From: an uncultured virus (IMG/VR IMGVR_UViG_3300042350_001000)
Taxonomy: Duplodnaviria; Heunggongvirae; Uroviricota; Caudoviricetes
Reading direction: 5' to 3' (one strand)
DNA length: 64,000 nt
Virus record (IMG/VR): IMGVR_UViG_3300042350_001000
The notes under the pieces are model-generated. The model saw nothing but the letters and a program-made list of their open reading frames with translations. It did not search any database and was not told the DNA's origin. The position numbers were made by a program, and so were the translations under genes. Position 1 is the stretch's first letter. The number at the start of each line of letters is the position of its first letter. This document shows positions 10,495-19,552 of this stretch, piece by piece.

Positions 10495-10655
10495 CACGCA
10501 GCCTCTTGCTCCCGTGGAACCTCATGCAAACCCGTAACCGGCGGCTTTGCGGCTTCTTTCATACCGTCAATCAGTTGATACACTTCTTGGTACGGACGGG
10601 TGCCCAGGTAGCCAATGATCTGATTGGCAAGGTCAATGGGTAGGTTAAGGGTCAT
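10494..10655 (-). CDS. Small protein (53 aa), possible fibre chaperone
   Basis: Hand-translated MTLNLPIDLANQIIGYLGTRPYQEVYQLIDGMK...; fills the gap with stop/start coupling; below the ORF-track cutoff. Confidence 0.55.
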   Translation of the reverse strand: MTLNLPIDLANQIIGYLGTRPYQEVYQLIDGMKEAAKPPVTGLHEVPREQEAA

Positions 10656-10666
10656 TTCGCTCACCT

Positions 10667-11038
10667 TTAAGCAGCCATCGGTGCTACTTCATCCCAAGCT
10701 TGAGTGCCTTCATTCCAGCTATACATCTTGCCGTCAGTAGGCATGGGGATCGGTGCTTTCCACTGGCAGGTGTTTTCATCAAGCACCCATGAATTAAAAG
10801 GCTTGGGCGGTACAAAAGCGTTACGCGCTTCATCCCAGTCGTAGCCAATGCCAGCATAGTTTTTTCGGAAGTTGCCGTTATAAGACGTTTGCTTCCACAC
10901 ACCGCCAAAAAGCTTCTCGCAGAAGGCTGCGCCAATGTGCTCTTTTTCAACGCCCAGAGCATCTGCTGTGTCCTTGTTATCAACCACAATGACACGCTTT
11001 ACTTTTCCAAACTGATCGATCTCGGCAAAATGTGCCAT
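10667..11038 (-). CDS. Tail-fibre-associated protein
   Basis: MAHFAE..WKQTSYN..RKNYAGIG..W..P.P.P, Trp-rich; follows Gly-rich fibres; GGAG RBS. Confidence 0.55.
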   Translation of the reverse strand: MAHFAEIDQFGKVKRVIVVDNKDTADALGVEKEHIGAAFCEKLFGGVWKQTSYNGNFRKNYAGIGYDWDEARNAFVPPKPFNSWVLDENTCQWKAPIPMPTDGKMYSWNEGTQAWDEVAPMAA

Positions 11039-11055
11039 GACAAACTCCTTATAAA

Positions 11056-11658
11056 TTACACACCAACTTTTAAGCCTGTTAGTTCCATCTCATCACCAAT
11101 CGTACCCATCGGGAAGGTGTTAAAAGACAGACTGATGCGGGTATCACTACCCTGCACATTCGGCACCATATGTTCCAATGACGAGGGGAATAAAATCAAG
11201 CGCCCTGTCACTGCTTCAAACCACCAAGACTCTGAGTTATACGGATTGAAGTCCTCGGCTGGTAATTTGATCTGCTGCCAACCACTGCGATAAAAATAGA
11301 TACGGTCATCAGGATTGGTCTTGGCATAAAACACGCCGCTGATAAAGCTATTGGGGTGAGCATGTTTGTGGTGAAACTGTCCTTGCTGGGTGTAGTTCAA
11401 CCAGCTTTGCGTCATGCGTAGATCGGCATTGTGCTTAGGGTTTGTGGTGGCCTTGAAGTACACCTGAAGGCTTTCATTCATAAACTGCTTAAGATTCACA
11501 AGCGTAGCAGTCTCAAGGATGTTGTTGTTTATTGAGGTGCGATTTCCCGTATTGCTGCGGGTTTCTTGGCCTTCAATGAAAGCAAGCTCGACCTCGGTCA
11601 GGTCTCTGCCAAGGTCAAAGAACCCCACTGGGATGGGAAATAGGTTGTGGATGTTCAT
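11056..11658 (-). CDS. 2OG-Fe(II) oxygenase (TIGR02466-like)
   Basis: HAHPNSFISGVFY, LILFPSSLEHMV, RISLSFN supply the iron ligands and the R-x-S 2OG-binding motif. Confidence 0.85.
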   Translation of the reverse strand: MNIHNLFPIPVGFFDLGRDLTEVELAFIEGQETRSNTGNRTSINNNILETATLVNLKQFMNESLQVYFKATTNPKHNADLRMTQSWLNYTQQGQFHHKHAHPNSFISGVFYAKTNPDDRIYFYRSGWQQIKLPAEDFNPYNSESWWFEAVTGRLILFPSSLEHMVPNVQGSDTRISLSFNTFPMGTIGDEMELTGLKVGV

Positions 11659-11912
11659 CCGTTGATAGCCTTTTGGATCATGTCATTTTGGCCTTTGATG
11701 GCAGCGTATTGCTCAGGCAACCAGACGGTCTGAATGGAATCTTCAAATGCACGGATCTTGTCAATCGTTGCAAAAACTTCTTCTATCGTTGGGCATGGTC
11801 GTGGATCTTCCCATCTCGTAAACATCGTGTTTGAGATTTCCCATTTAGCACCCGGACGCAGCAACTCCATTGCCGTGTCAATACCAACCATACGATAGAT
11901 CTTTTCTTGCAT
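11655..11912 (-). CDS. XkdW-like tail fibre accessory protein
   Basis: 85 aa, L.P.A.W...W....P.PT pattern; directly after Gly-rich fibres. Confidence 0.45.
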   Translation of the reverse strand: MQEKIYRMVGIDTAMELLRPGAKWEISNTMFTRWEDPRPCPTIEEVFATIDKIRAFEDSIQTVWLPEQYAAIKGQNDMIQKAING

Positions 11913-11915
11913 AAA

Positions 11916-13607
11916 TTAGCTCCATGTGATTATTACGATACCTGAACCGCCTGCGCCACCAGAAGTATTATTTGGTGCTGGGCCTCCTGCCGCACCTTCT
12001 CCACCATTCCCCGTATTAGATGTTCCAGCAGCTCCATTTGTACCGGGAGAGCGATCACCGCCCTTTCCGCCAGCCGAATAAGTTACTGATGAGCCTGAAT
12101 ACGAAGATGATGTGCCAGAACCGCCATTTGATCCTGTATTAATCTGCGTGCCGCCTACATCAACCCCAGCCGAAGAAGACCCGCCCCCTCCGGCCCCGAC
12201 TTGTCCGCTTCCATTTCCTAAATTATCACCGCCTTTACTACCTTGGCTTGGGTTTACAGAAGGCGTATTGCCAGCGCCGCCCGGAGATGTCACACCATTA
12301 CCATCAGGGCCACCGCCACCACTACCTCCAGCGGCTGCGGCTGTATTGGCACTGCTTGTCCAACCTCCCCCGCCACCTCCACCGGCTGATGTAATCGTAG
12401 AAAAAACAGAATTACTTCCAGAACTACCCGTGGCTGCAATTCCTCCTCGGCCACCTGCACCTACGGTAATCGTATAGCTTGTTCCCCCGGTAACACTTAA
12501 TCCTGTGCCAGTTCTAAAACCACCAGCACCTCCACCTCCGGCACCCCTTTGTCCGGCATTTGCTCCGCCTCCGCCACCCCCACCGCCAACCACGAGGTAG
12601 TTAACCGAAGTCACGCCAGCCGGGGCAGTCCATGTGGACGATCCTGTGAAGATTGCAGGGCTTGTTGTGGCACCACGAGTGTATTTGAGGATGACGATGC
12701 CTGAGCCGCCGGAGCCGCCAGATGATGGTGACGGATCTGCTCCACCGCCTCCTCCACCGCCAGTATTTGCAGTGCCCGAAACACCGGACTGATTTGGAGA
12801 GGGTGTATCACCACCTTTGCCACCCCCGCCAGAACCACCAGCGCCCCCCGGTCCAGTATTAGGCCCGTTGAATGCGCCTCCTCCACCACCAGCGTAGGTT
12901 ACAGATGAGCCTGAGATTGAGGACGAAGTACCGTTGCCGCCTGCTCCGGCGGGACCATTTGGAGTTCCAGCAGTGCCACCTGCTGCACCGGCACCACCGC
13001 CTCCGCCACCTAATCCGGGATTTCCGCCGGTAGCACCATTACCGTTGCCTCCGTTATTTCCTTGGCTTGGAGAAACCGATGGTGTGTTGCCACTTCCGCC
13101 CGAACCACTATTGTGGCCTCCTCCCCCTCCAGAACCGCCGTTAGATCCAGTTCCCTGACCCCCCGAAACAATTGATCCACCACCACCGCCACCAGTAGAT
13201 GTAATAGTGCTAAAAATAGAATCTGATCCTGAACTACCTCTAGTAGATGACGAAGAAGAACCTGTACCACCACTACCGACAGTAATTGTGTATGTTGTTC
13301 CTGCGGTTACTGAAAGCCCAGTGCCTGTTCTAAACCCTCCAGCTCCACCACCGCCAGCAGCACTAAATCCACCACCACCTCCGCCAGCAACCACTAAGTA
13401 ATCAACCGACGTGACGTTTGCAGGTGCGGTCCAAGTAGCCGAACCAGTAAATGTGATGATTTCGGTAACGCCACCGGCTAACGGCCATGTGCCTGCCTTG
13501 ACGTAGTTCAGCACGGTAGACAACTTCCAAACGCCTGATGCCGTGCCTGTAAACCCACCCGTTGGAGTGGGTGGATTCTTGGTTATAAAGCCACCGGGAT
13601 AATCCAT
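11916..13607 (-). CDS. Glycine-rich tail fibre/receptor-binding protein (2 Gly-rich modules)
   Basis: Two copies of the V.YLVV.GGG...GTTYTITVG...SGIVI module; N-terminal GG.I...SGVW.L segment. Confidence 0.7.
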   Translation of the reverse strand: MDYPGGFITKNPPTPTGGFTGTASGVWKLSTVLNYVKAGTWPLAGGVTEIITFTGSATWTAPANVTSVDYLVVAGGGGGGFSAAGGGGAGGFRTGTGLSVTAGTTYTITVGSGGTGSSSSSTRGSSGSDSIFSTITSTGGGGGGSIVSGGQGTGSNGGSGGGGGHNSGSGGSGNTPSVSPSQGNNGGNGNGATGGNPGLGGGGGGAGAAGGTAGTPNGPAGAGGNGTSSSISGSSVTYAGGGGGAFNGPNTGPGGAGGSGGGGKGGDTPSPNQSGVSGTANTGGGGGGGADPSPSSGGSGGSGIVILKYTRGATTSPAIFTGSSTWTAPAGVTSVNYLVVGGGGGGGGANAGQRGAGGGGAGGFRTGTGLSVTGGTSYTITVGAGGRGGIAATGSSGSNSVFSTITSAGGGGGGGWTSSANTAAAAGGSGGGGPDGNGVTSPGGAGNTPSVNPSQGSKGGDNLGNGSGQVGAGGGGSSSAGVDVGGTQINTGSNGGSGTSSSYSGSSVTYSAGGKGGDRSPGTNGAAGTSNTGNGGEGAAGGPAPNNTSGGAGGSGIVIITWS

Positions 13608-13608
13608 C

Positions 13609-16218
13609 TTAACTCCACTTAATAATTACGATACCGGAGCCGCCTGCACCGCCAGCGCCTTGATTTTGCGGATTATTTAAGTGACCGCCACCACCACCGC
13701 CGCCACCTGTATTAGCTGTTCCAGAAGACGCAGTTAATGCTGAAGATGCACCATTTCCGCCTCCGCCTGAGCCTCCGGAACCAGCGGTACCAGAGCCACG
13801 AAAACCGCCGCCGCCTCCACCGGCATAAGTTACAGATGAGCCGCTAATTGATGAAGCCGTTCCTGCTCCGCCAGCGCCCCCAACGGTTGTATTCCCATTT
13901 CCTCCGGTTGCAGCAGGACTTAAATTAGAACCACCGCCGCCTCCACCACCAGAATTAGGATCAGCAGCATTATTTCCGTTGCCACCTGCATTTCCTTGAG
14001 ATGGAGAGGTGGATGGGGTATTTCCGGCATAACCAGTTGAATAACTACTAGAACTATGAGTGCCACCACCGCCTGATCCACCAGTAGCGCCAGCGCCAAC
14101 CTCAGACGCGCCAGCGCCTCCACCAGTTGATGTTATTGACGAAAAAACAGAATTGGAACCAGATGTTCCTACGGTTCCAGTACCACTACCGCCTCTATTT
14201 CCTCCAGCACCGCCCCCTGAGCCCCCTGCGCCTACTGTAATCGTATAAGTTGTTCCAGCAGTTACGGAAAATCCCGTGCCTGTTCTAAATCCACCTGCGC
14301 CGCCACCACCGCCAGCCGATCCGCCACCACCCCCACCAGCAACAACGAGGTAATCCACACTCGTTACACCCGGAGGAGCGGTCCACGTTCCTGACGTATT
14401 AAAGATGGCTGTGCCACCACCTGATGGCATGAGGTATGCAATGCCTACGATACCGGAGCCGCCTCCACCTGATGCAGCCGTATAGCTTGTTCCGCCACCA
14501 CCGCCCCCTGTATTTACCGTTCCCGCAGTACCTGCGGTAGAAGGAGAGGCTCTCCCGCCAGCACCTCCACCACCTGAACCCCCTGCGCTAAGACCTCCAA
14601 AAGCCCCGCCTCCACCTCCCCCGGCATAAGTTACCGAAGAGCCAGAAAGGGAAATGGCTGCGCCGTTACCCCCAGCACCCCCAGTTGCCGACGGCGGAGA
14701 TGCGCCCGAAGAACCCCCATACCCAACTTGTGACGCACCGCCGCCCCCGCCAGCCCTACTATCATTTGCGCCTGCTCCGCCACTATTTCCTTGAGCCGGA
14801 CTCACTGAAGGAGTATTGCCAGCACCTCCGGAACCCCCAGGTGCCCCAGCACCTCCACCGCCACCGGAACCTCCGGAATTACCATTTACGGCAGAATTTC
14901 CACCTCCTCCACCTCCGGCAGAAGTAATTGAGGCAGGTGCTCCAATTGAAGAATTTGAACCAGCGTTTCCAATCGTATTACTGGGGCTGACTGCTGCTCC
15001 GCCAGCCCCTACCGTAATCGTATAAGTCGTGCCTGCACTAACTGACAAGCCATTCCCAGTTCTAAGTCCTCCTGCGCCACCACCGCCAGCACCTTCCTGA
15101 TTAGAGGAAGAGTTTGAAGTGGCTCCCGATCCACCCCCGCCAACCACAAAGTAGCTAATCGAAGTAACACCCGTCGGTGCGGTCCATGTTCCAGTAGCCT
15201 TGAACTCTTGGTAAACGTAGCTGTAACCTGTGCCAAGCACTTCAAACGTGCCAGACGACAAAAAGGTATGGATGGTATAGCTGCCACTCGTTGATTTGAC
15301 ACCGCCCATAGCGGTAATGCCAGAAGATGTTAAGTAGCGAACGATTACGATGCCTGAGCCGCCGGAGCCGCTAGAACCAGCATCATAAGGACTTCCGTCT
15401 CTTGTCGCGCCACCTCCACCACCACCGCCCGTGTTTGCCGTTCCAGAAGTTGCTGGTCCCGGCATACTTTGACCACCTGCACCACCGCCGCCAGAGCCAC
15501 CAGCACCAGCTGCATACGGCCCTCTAGACCCACCCCCGCCGCCCCCTGCGTAAGTTACAGAGGAACCTGAAATTGAAGATGCCGTCCCTGCGCCGCCTGC
15601 TCCCCCTGCTGAAGTTGTTCCAACGGAACCGACACCACCTGCACCACCCCCGCCCCCTCCTGCAAATGCCGGGGAGCCGCCATATGGTTGACCATAAGAT
15701 CCTGAGCCGCCGTTGTTGCCTTGAGAAGGAGAAACAGACGGGGTGTTACCTGCACCGCCATTTAACGGATCAGAAGAAGCTGCCGCCGTTCTGCCGCCTC
15801 CCCCGGAACCGCCAGACAAGCCGGTGGAATTAGAAGAACCACCACCACCACCGCCGCCTGTAGACGTTATGGTAGAGAAAACAGAATCAGATCCGCTGTT
15901 GCCTCTGAGCCCAAATCCATCTGCGGCAGCAGGATTTCCTGCGCCTCCAGCGCCTACCGTAATCGTATACGTCGTCCCAGCCGTGACAGAAAAACCTGTA
16001 CCAGTACGAAAGCCACCAGCGCCGCCACCACCAGCATTGTCTACTCCACCACTTCCGCCGCCAGCAACAACCAAATATTCAACGGTAGCAGGGGGCCAAG
16101 CGCCTTGAGCGTTGTAATAGAGCTGTTTGGGTAACGTCCAAATGCCGGAAGCTGAGACTGCACTTACTGTAGGCGCAGTGGCGCTAATGACCCCACCGGG
16201 GTAACCGTGAATGGGCAT
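13609..16218 (-). CDS. Glycine-rich tail fibre/receptor-binding protein (3 Gly-rich modules)
   Basis: Three copies of the same module as 11916..13607; same N-terminal segment. Confidence 0.7.
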   Translation of the reverse strand: MPIHGYPGGVISATAPTVSAVSASGIWTLPKQLYYNAQGAWPPATVEYLVVAGGGSGGVDNAGGGGAGGFRTGTGFSVTAGTTYTITVGAGGAGNPAAADGFGLRGNSGSDSVFSTITSTGGGGGGGSSNSTGLSGGSGGGGRTAAASSDPLNGGAGNTPSVSPSQGNNGGSGSYGQPYGGSPAFAGGGGGGAGGVGSVGTTSAGGAGGAGTASSISGSSVTYAGGGGGGSRGPYAAGAGGSGGGGAGGQSMPGPATSGTANTGGGGGGGATRDGSPYDAGSSGSGGSGIVIVRYLTSSGITAMGGVKSTSGSYTIHTFLSSGTFEVLGTGYSYVYQEFKATGTWTAPTGVTSISYFVVGGGGSGATSNSSSNQEGAGGGGAGGLRTGNGLSVSAGTTYTITVGAGGAAVSPSNTIGNAGSNSSIGAPASITSAGGGGGGNSAVNGNSGGSGGGGGAGAPGGSGGAGNTPSVSPAQGNSGGAGANDSRAGGGGGASQVGYGGSSGASPPSATGGAGGNGAAISLSGSSVTYAGGGGGGAFGGLSAGGSGGGGAGGRASPSTAGTAGTVNTGGGGGGTSYTAASGGGGSGIVGIAYLMPSGGGTAIFNTSGTWTAPPGVTSVDYLVVAGGGGGGSAGGGGGAGGFRTGTGFSVTAGTTYTITVGAGGSGGGAGGNRGGSGTGTVGTSGSNSVFSSITSTGGGAGASEVGAGATGGSGGGGTHSSSSYSTGYAGNTPSTSPSQGNAGGNGNNAADPNSGGGGGGGSNLSPAATGGNGNTTVGGAGGAGTASSISGSSVTYAGGGGGGFRGSGTAGSGGSGGGGNGASSALTASSGTANTGGGGGGGGHLNNPQNQGAGGAGGSGIVIIKWS

Positions 16219-16229
16219 CTCAGTTGCCT

Positions 16230-16643
16230 TTAGGTAGATGTAATGGCTTCAAACGTGGCAACAAAAGTCAAAGCTGATGCAGTGCCTGAAGTGACGCCAA
16301 CTGACTGGTTTTGCGTTACATAAAAGCTCGTGGTCTTGTCAACCACAATCAGGGTGGAGTTAGCCGGAACGCTGATCTGATACGCAATGTTGAAGGCCGT
16401 ACCACTACCAAACGTAGCGTTATTTGCAATCGCTACCGTAGCATTTGCCGCGCTTGCCGTCGTGTTACTGACCACAATTTGAGTAACTCGGTTCACCACA
16501 TTGCCAGAGCTTGTGGGCGTAAGGCCGGTAATTGCAGTCGTACCGTCGCAAGTCCATGACGTTGATACGCTGGTAGTTGAAGGGGTCACATACGCAGTAT
16601 TGCCGTTGATCGTTGTGACGTTGACAATATTTGGATTTGCCAT
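16230..16643 (-). CDS. Tail fibre connector/structural protein
   Basis: 137 aa beta-rich, MANPNIVNV...ISVPANSTLIV; between fibre genes. Confidence 0.5.
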   Translation of the reverse strand: MANPNIVNVTTINGNTAYVTPSTTSVSTSWTCDGTTAITGLTPTSSGNVVNRVTQIVVSNTTASAANATVAIANNATFGSGTAFNIAYQISVPANSTLIVVDKTTSFYVTQNQSVGVTSGTASALTFVATFEAITST

Positions 16644-16653
16644 GATCTATTCC

Positions 16654-17181
16654 TTAGAACCCGAAAATCATCGCCATAGCGATACTTTTACCAGTGGAAA
16701 TACCCGAAGCCGTTTGAAACGTAGGGGGTGAACCTGAGCCATTTGAAGTCAAAACCTGCCCAGAAGTACCGGCAGAGGTTGATGTAGGTGCAGCACCTGC
16801 GCCACCACCTAAGACAACGCCGTATTGCGTCAAAGCACCCGAAGACGCCCAGGCTGACGCGCTAGAGAAGTAAGGAACCCCACCCGAGGTTCCCGCCACT
16901 GTCAGGGCAAGCGTTCCGCTCGTGGTGATTGGAGAGCCAGCCACTGAAATAATGCCACCCGTGAAGGTTTGGGCAACCGACGTAACGCTTCCTGATGCAC
17001 CGGCCTTACTTGCAAGCAACTGAACGGTACCGGTATTGTCTTTATAGTAAAGCTTGCCGTCTGTGTAATTCAGCGCAAGCTCGGCACCGTTGGCGGAAGA
17101 GGTTAGGTTTGAAGCGGACGGAGTCGCCGAAGCGGTGCTGCTTCCGTAAATGAGAATGGGCGTATAGCCAGTCTGTGCCAT
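16654..17181 (-). CDS. Short tail fibre protein
   Basis: GAELALNYTDGKLYY, GQVLTSNGSG fibre repeat, C-terminal TGKSIAMAMIFGF. Confidence 0.6.
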   Translation of the reverse strand: MAQTGYTPILIYGSSTASATPSASNLTSSANGAELALNYTDGKLYYKDNTGTVQLLASKAGASGSVTSVAQTFTGGIISVAGSPITTSGTLALTVAGTSGGVPYFSSASAWASSGALTQYGVVLGGGAGAAPTSTSAGTSGQVLTSNGSGSPPTFQTASGISTGKSIAMAMIFGF

Positions 17182-19221
17182 TTAGAATGCACCTCCGTAG
17201 ATGCCTGTTGTTGCTGTTAGCGTTGTAAAAGTTCCGGCAGCGGCCGTTGTTCCGCCAATCGTAGTGCCGTTAATCGTTCCGCCTGTAATCGCCACACTAC
17301 TCGCGTTTTGCGTAGCCATAGTACCCAAACCAGAAACGGCGCTTGAAGAGATCGCGATAGCGGTGTTTGTGACGCTTGTAATCTGGCCCTGAGCGTTAAC
17401 GGCAAAAACTGGAACCTGAGAAGCAGACCCATAAGTCGCAGCGCTGACACCCGTGTTTGTAATAGAAAACTGAGTGCCGGTCAATGTCAATCCGGTCCCG
17501 GCGGTGTAAGCGCCGGAGCCAGAAAATTGCTGCCAAATGATTGGGTCAGTACCAACAACGTCACAAGGCTGGGTTTGGACCCAGCCCGTATTGGCGTACA
17601 GGGTACCGTTGGATACAAAAGTAAAATCGCCGGACGCAATCTCAGTGGGCGTATCAAAATCAGTCGCCCTGGTTAGAACCGTGCCTCCAGTTGCCCAGGT
17701 ATAAATACCGTTATGAGCCTGATTGGTTTCGTTCTTAACCAAGATCCGATTGGTATTAAGTAGGGTGTAACCATCAAGCGTGGTCAGTGCCACGCCAAGG
17801 GTCAGCGTCGCACCGACACCCGAGGTTCCGTTGTTATAAGTAACCGATCCACCGGTAATTGACGCAAGCGTTCCTGTCGTTGCTGCTGCGCAACTGGCGT
17901 GAACATGGAGCCCCTCAGCAACCGCATCAACGTATTGTTTTGTTGCAAGCTGAAGTGCCGATGTTGGGTCGCCAGTTACGGCGACTGAAGTAAGACCGGC
18001 AAGCGTAAGGCTTGTAGCACCCAGTGATATAGTTGTCGTGCCAATTGTGAGCGATGAATTGGTCAGGCTGGCATTGCCGATATTGGTCAACGTATTGCTT
18101 GATCCGCTAATCGTTTTGTTCGTCAGCGTTTGTGATCCGGTGAGCGTTGCGACCGTAGAATCGATGCTGATCGTTCTTGCGGAGGAGCCGTCGTAAGTCG
18201 TCCCGGAGTCAAGCTGCAAACCGGTACCTACGGTGAGTGCATTGGGATTAGCGGCGGTAATAGTGCCAGCGCCACCTAGCGAAACTGTAACGCCGTTGTA
18301 AGTCAACGAGCTATTGGTGAGACTAGCGTTACCGATATTGCTAAGCGTATTGCTCGAACCGCTGATGGTTTTGTTGGTCAGCGTTTGGGTGCCTGTTAGG
18401 GTTGCGACCACCGAAGTGTCGATACCCACCGATCCAGTTGATGTAATCGTTGATGGCGATAGCGAGATGCCAAGACCCGAAGTAATTGAGGTAACGCCGG
18501 AACCGGCAGCGATCGCGCCCCAAGCTCCATTGGCATAGCCTTCAAAGTTTTGAGTGGTGGTGTTATAGCGCATCGTTCCATTGGTCGGAGAGACAGAACG
18601 ATCGCCTGTTGCGCCGGACGGCAATATGACACCCTGAACACCTGGAAGGGCTGGATTATCAGCAATGCTGACAATAGGATTGCCTGAGCTTCCATCGCCG
18701 CTTGCTACATCAATCTCGCTTGCGGTTCCCGTAATCGTTAGCAGCGTAGCGCCGCCACCAGAAGACCTGCTTACAAGACCGGTCCCAGAAGACAGCCCGG
18801 CAACCTGGGCAACATAACCCGCCAATGAAAGGGTTGGGTTTGCCGCAACACCATCGCCATCGGCAATACTCAAACCACTTCCAGAGGTCGCAATTGACCT
18901 CGCTGTAATCGTCGTGCCCGACTTAGTAAGGACTCCATTACTAGCACTTACCAAAGAGGCTAGAGCGCCCGAAGGGCTGATCTGTAACGTCCCTTGAGCG
19001 CCACCGTCAGTAATGCTTAAACCGGAACCCACGCCGATCTGACGACTTAAGGTAAGCAAAGGTTGGTTGCCAACCGTCAGGAACGGGTAATTAAGGCTAA
19101 TAGAACCTGCAATCGCCGCGGTCGTCGTCTGTATGGTCGTGCCGTTTTGGCTGACAGGCACCAGTTCCGTGCCCGTTATGGCGCTACCCGTTGGCAGTTC
19201 AGAGATTCGCAAGTTGGGCAT
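17182..19221 (-). CDS. Long Thr/Ser/Gly-rich tail fibre protein
   Basis: Two TLTG.QTLTNKTISGSSNTL.NIGNASLTNSS repeats, ATKQYVD, RILVKNE..NGIY, MRYNTTTQNFEGY motifs; ends GGAF. Confidence 0.75.
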   Translation of the reverse strand: MPNLRISELPTGSAITGTELVPVSQNGTTIQTTTAAIAGSISLNYPFLTVGNQPLLTLSRQIGVGSGLSITDGGAQGTLQISPSGALASLVSASNGVLTKSGTTITARSIATSGSGLSIADGDGVAANPTLSLAGYVAQVAGLSSGTGLVSRSSGGGATLLTITGTASEIDVASGDGSSGNPIVSIADNPALPGVQGVILPSGATGDRSVSPTNGTMRYNTTTQNFEGYANGAWGAIAAGSGVTSITSGLGISLSPSTITSTGSVGIDTSVVATLTGTQTLTNKTISGSSNTLSNIGNASLTNSSLTYNGVTVSLGGAGTITAANPNALTVGTGLQLDSGTTYDGSSARTISIDSTVATLTGSQTLTNKTISGSSNTLTNIGNASLTNSSLTIGTTTISLGATSLTLAGLTSVAVTGDPTSALQLATKQYVDAVAEGLHVHASCAAATTGTLASITGGSVTYNNGTSGVGATLTLGVALTTLDGYTLLNTNRILVKNETNQAHNGIYTWATGGTVLTRATDFDTPTEIASGDFTFVSNGTLYANTGWVQTQPCDVVGTDPIIWQQFSGSGAYTAGTGLTLTGTQFSITNTGVSAATYGSASQVPVFAVNAQGQITSVTNTAIAISSSAVSGLGTMATQNASSVAITGGTINGTTIGGTTAAAGTFTTLTATTGIYGGAF

Positions 19222-19222
19222 A

Positions 19223-19552
19223 TCAGTCTTCCAGGCCGTCGATGTTACCGTTTACCGGGACATTCGCCTGCTCGGGCGAAATGATCGAGGTGTTATACGG
19301 ATTGGTGATCAGCGCATCATCAACTACGGTTAGTGGCGTATCAGGACGCGGCCACCGAAGTGTAATTCTCTCAGTTTGTCGGGCAGGAAGTCGATAGGGA
19401 TCGAACTGATCCTTGCACCCCTCATCGCAAACCATCAGCCCAGGGTAATTTGGGTCCGAAGAAAGCTGCACATAAGCCCTCTTCATGCTGCACCGACCGC
19501 ATATTGCGATCGACAGCACCGTATTACCATGAGTGTCCAGGAATCTTGGCAT
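19223..19552 (-). CDS. Small Zn-binding virion protein
   Basis: CGRC...VCDEGC.D..P; follows the adaptor gene. Confidence 0.5.
   Translation of the reverse strand: MPRFLDTHGNTVLSIAICGRCSMKRAYVQLSSDPNYPGLMVCDEGCKDQFDPYRLPARQTERITLRWPRPDTPLTVVDDALITNPYNTSIISPEQANVPVNGNIDGLED

Noticed and set aside
8746..10497. Spanin (Rz/Rz1) genes
   Set aside because: No lipobox-containing or nested ORF pair could be identified with confidence.
12112..16108. Pro-rich plus-strand ORFs
   Set aside because: Antisense shadows of the Gly-rich fibre genes (GGN read as NCC); no RBS or operon context.
11916..19221. GG dipeptides in tail fibres as members of the di-glycine signal
   Set aside because: Explained by polyglycine composition; they lack the [YFM]-[AK]-x-GG-x-[VI] doublet context.
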